Source: Somniosus microcephalus
Taxonomy: Eukaryota
DNA: 64,000 nt
Assembly: GCA_052327205.1 (NCBI GenBank)
Contig: CM126209.1
Span: forward strand, 39,866,001-39,930,000
Reading direction: 5' to 3'
Each line of letters begins with the position of its first letter. The stretch's first letter is position 1. This document shows positions 60,919-64,000 of this stretch, piece after piece. A model generated the notes under the pieces. The model was given only the letters and a program-made list of their open reading frames with translations. It was not told where the DNA came from and did no database searches. The position numbers and the translations under genes were made by a program.

Positions 60919-61314
60919 ATAGACTATTTTCAGCTAATGTTGCATGTTAAATGTGTTAATTGTAATTAGTTTGATATTTAATTGTCAAATGAGTGTTATG
61001 GTACTGTTAATCTGAAAGGGGAGGAATTGTAATGTATATACCTTTTAATGGGGGAACTACTTTTTACAGCTCATGTATACTGCAGTATCGGCAGTGACCA
61101 CACCTGTATATAGCACTGAGTAGTAATCTGTACAGACCAGTTCCCGTGTGAGCCACGTTGAGTAAACACCTGTTATACCGTTCTCCTGCAGTCTGTGTCT
61201 TATTATACACAGACACAACAAGGATGCTGGTCAAATAGCTCGGAATCCGCAGGGTTTGGCCATTGTCGATGCTCAGGTAAGAAGGTGCGAGGCAAAAGAG
61301 TTTGATTTACTAGG

Positions 61315-61900
61315 CTAAGCAAACCTGGCCAGGATGAGTGCGTTCCTTGCATCCTGGGCAGCAATGTTCTCGCGTAATGCTGCCGCTGGTTGATGGGCCT
61401 CTGCAGGATGCTCATTTTCGCCCTCCTCCTCCTCCTCCTCATCATCATCATAATCATCTGAGGAGGATTTGTGAGGAGCCACTTGGTCCTCAGGAATCTG
61501 CAAGCATGACGCTGTGTCATGTTGTGGAGTGCACAGCAAACCACGACGATTCTGGAGACCCTGGCTGCTGAGTACTGTAGGGCTCCACCTGATCTATCCA
61601 GGCATCTGAAGCGCATCTTCAGCAAGCCGATGGTTTGCTTGATTATGGATCTGATGGAAATGTGGCTGGAGTTGTAGCACTCCTCAGCTTCGTTGGCTGG
61701 CCTCCTCAACGGCGTCATTAGCCAAGTCCTCAGGGGATAGCCCTTGTCTCCAAGTAGCCATCCGTGAAGTTGGTCTGGTGGCCTGAATAGCGGAGGCACA
61801 CTAGACTGGCGCACTGTGAAGGATTCATGGCAACTGCCAGAGTACTTGGCACAAACATGCAAAATCTCCTTCTTGTGGTCACACACCAGCTGAACGTTAA
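61315..61900 (-). pseudogene. Harbinger transposase C-terminal half, frameshifted and cut by the second Gypsy
   Basis: NVQLVCDH...LLGDKGYP...[19 protein letters not shown]...CCALHN. Confidence 0.92.
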
Positions 61901-64000
61901 TGTAGTGTATGTACCTTTAAGAGGAACGATGTTTTTTTGAAGCCCCTGTGTACTGTAGTACCGGTAGTGACCACTCGGGTATATAAGCCTGTATAGCGTC
62001 TTGTATAGTTCGTTCACCTCCAGACTTTGTTCAGTAAACACTTGTTAAATCAACTCCTGCATTCCGTGTCTCCATTAACACACGGATTCAACAGTGGCGA
62101 CGAGTTAGAAACGAACTTACCTGCAATTCGGCAGCACCTCAAGGAGATCGATTCCTCAGACGAAGGTCGAAGAAAAAAAAACTGTGGTTTCACCAGCTAA
62201 ACGGGCTGGTGGCAGGTAGTGCACTGATCCTTCCTGGGCGGCTGGCTGGGGCTCGATCGGGTGGCTCTGCAGCGGGGCCGGGCAGCGAGTCGGAAAGCAG
62301 AAGCAAACAGAGACAGAGGGTGGAGCACTCAGCAGACGGCCGGCGCTGCAAAGCAGGTCGGCGTTCGGACCGAGCAGAGGGAGGGGAAAGTCCCAGAGGG
62401 TCCGACGGGAACGATTCTCCAAGTGACGGAGAAACTGTTCAAAATATATGTGTAAATAAAAAAATTAAAAAAAATTAAAATAGAAATACCGCAAAAAGCT
62501 GCAGGTCACAACGGGAACCACGGAGAACAGCGTTGGCAGCAGCAGCAGCGGCAGGAAAGCGCGGGAGGCGCCATCTTGACTCAGCAGGGAAGAAGGAAAA
62601 GCGCGGGAGGCGCCATTTTTGATTTTCAGGATGCCTAAGACTGGCAATATTACTGCTTCCGATAGTGATATAGAGGATTGGACCACATATGTGGAAAGAG
62701 TGGAGGTATATTGCAAGGCGAATGAAGTAGCGGATGATAAAAAGGCATCGGTACTTCTAAATCTGATGGGCGCATAGACATACGGGCTGTTACGAAACTT
62801 GATCACTCCAGCCAAACCGATGGACAAGAATTTTAAGGAGATTGTTGATACCCTACAGAAGCACTTAAACCCAACACCGCTGCTGATAGCGGAAAGATTC
62901 AAATTCTTCAGGAGGAATCAGCACAAGACTGAAAGTAACGCTGATTACCTCACCGAATTACAAAAGCTGTCAAAGCACTGCCAATTCGGGGCAGTACTGG
63001 CAGATTCTCTACGAGACAAATTCGTCTGCGGTCTCCTAAGCGAAGGAACACAGAAAAGACTACTTTCTGAAAAAGATTTGACACTGGACAAGGCTTTCAG
63101 TGTGGCTGTATCATACGAAGCAGCAGCAAGAGGAGCTGCAGAGATACAGCAAAAGCCACAGGACTTCGGCACCCATGAAATGACACGGGGTTTCGAGAAA
63201 TGTTATCGCTGTGGCAAATCCACCCATGACCAGAAGGACTGCTGGTTCAAGGACAAAGCATGCAGGCAATGCGGAAAGATGGGACACATTGCAGGTGTAT
63301 GCCGATCTGGAAAAAAATCCACTGACAGTAAAAAGGTCAATAAGGAAAAGTACAGAAAGGTACAAATGATGACGGACAGTAGCTCCGAAGACCAGAAGAG
63401 CGATAGCGACTCCGGAAACAAGAGACTAAGCTGTCTCAAATTACATAATGTAATTGCCAAAGAAGATTACCAGACCATTTGGGTTACCCTCACGATAGCG
63501 GGGTCCCCAGTTAAAATGGAACTAGATACAGGATCAGCTCTGACCGTCATAAGTCGACGGGATTACGAGCGGCTATTTCCACATATACCTTTGAAAGACA
63601 CATCCATTATCTTGAAGACATATACGGGGCAGAAAGTATACCCCAGAGGGAAAATAAGGGTGCCTGTTGTATACAACGGCAAGGAAATACAGAAGTTATA
63701 TTTATACGTTCTGCAAGATGGTGGTCCACCGTTGTTGGGACGTGAATGGATCAGAAAGATACATTTAGACTGGCACTCCATTCAGGCACTGACGGTGACC
63801 AGTAAGAAAAGAAATGATGACGACGTCATACCTGGACGATTAAAAGAAATCTTGGCTAACGCCAAAGAAGTGTTTCAACAGGAACTAGGAACCCTGAAAG
63901 GCGCCACCGCCTCAATAAAAGTGGAAGATGCGGCAATTCCCAAGTTTTTTAAGGCAAGACCGGTGCCATACGCAATTCGTCCAGCAGTCGAGGCAGAGCT
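61901..64000 (+). mobile_element. Second, related Gypsy element, truncated by the window edge
   Basis: LTR 61901-62093 and PBS TGGCGACGAG. Gag ATG at 62631, TAG at 62776, then a reading frame colinear with the first Gypsy through PR (ELDTGS). Confidence 0.93.

Larger units (their letters stand above)
55495..61220 (+). mobile_element. Full-length Ty3/Gypsy LTR retrotransposon (Mag-like)
   Basis: LTRs 55495-55686 and 61028-61220 (TG...CA), AGGAT 5-bp target duplication, PBS TGGCGACAAGG and PPT GAAAGGGGAGGAA. Confidence 0.97.
50880..61900 (+). mobile_element. Formerly autonomous Harbinger with three nested insertions; the right end lies beyond the window
   Basis: Left end TAA|GGGGTCAATTTT. Myb gene on + (51133-55330) and transposase 3' half on - (61315-61900), convergent as in the 12074 element. 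Confidence 0.85.

Overview
This is repeat-dense vertebrate genomic DNA. The LINE, SINE and transposon families point to a cartilaginous fish (inference). I find one host gene, on the minus strand: three phase-compatible coding exons (18270-18405, 10055-10155, 4078-4226) splice into a NERD / PD-(D/E)XK-nuclease-like domain whose expected catalytic residues are substituted. A CpG island near 43 kb is its probable promoter and first exon. Most of the rest is mobile DNA, dominated by PIF/Harbinger transposons. One is apparently intact and autonomous (12074-16535), with a spliced Myb/SANT gene, an uninterrupted DDE transposase and a 54-bp minisatellite in an intron. There are also several deletion derivatives, two MITE families and a second two-gene Harbinger from 50880 that has been invaded by its own copy and by two Gypsy LTR elements. 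Other elements include CR1, L2, RTE and Vingi-like LINEs, Deu-domain-type SINEs, Tc1/mariner and hAT MITEs, and a Penelope-like tail carrying a minimal hammerhead ribozyme split by a MITE. All calls were made by eye with no database searches; boundaries of degraded repeats are approximate.
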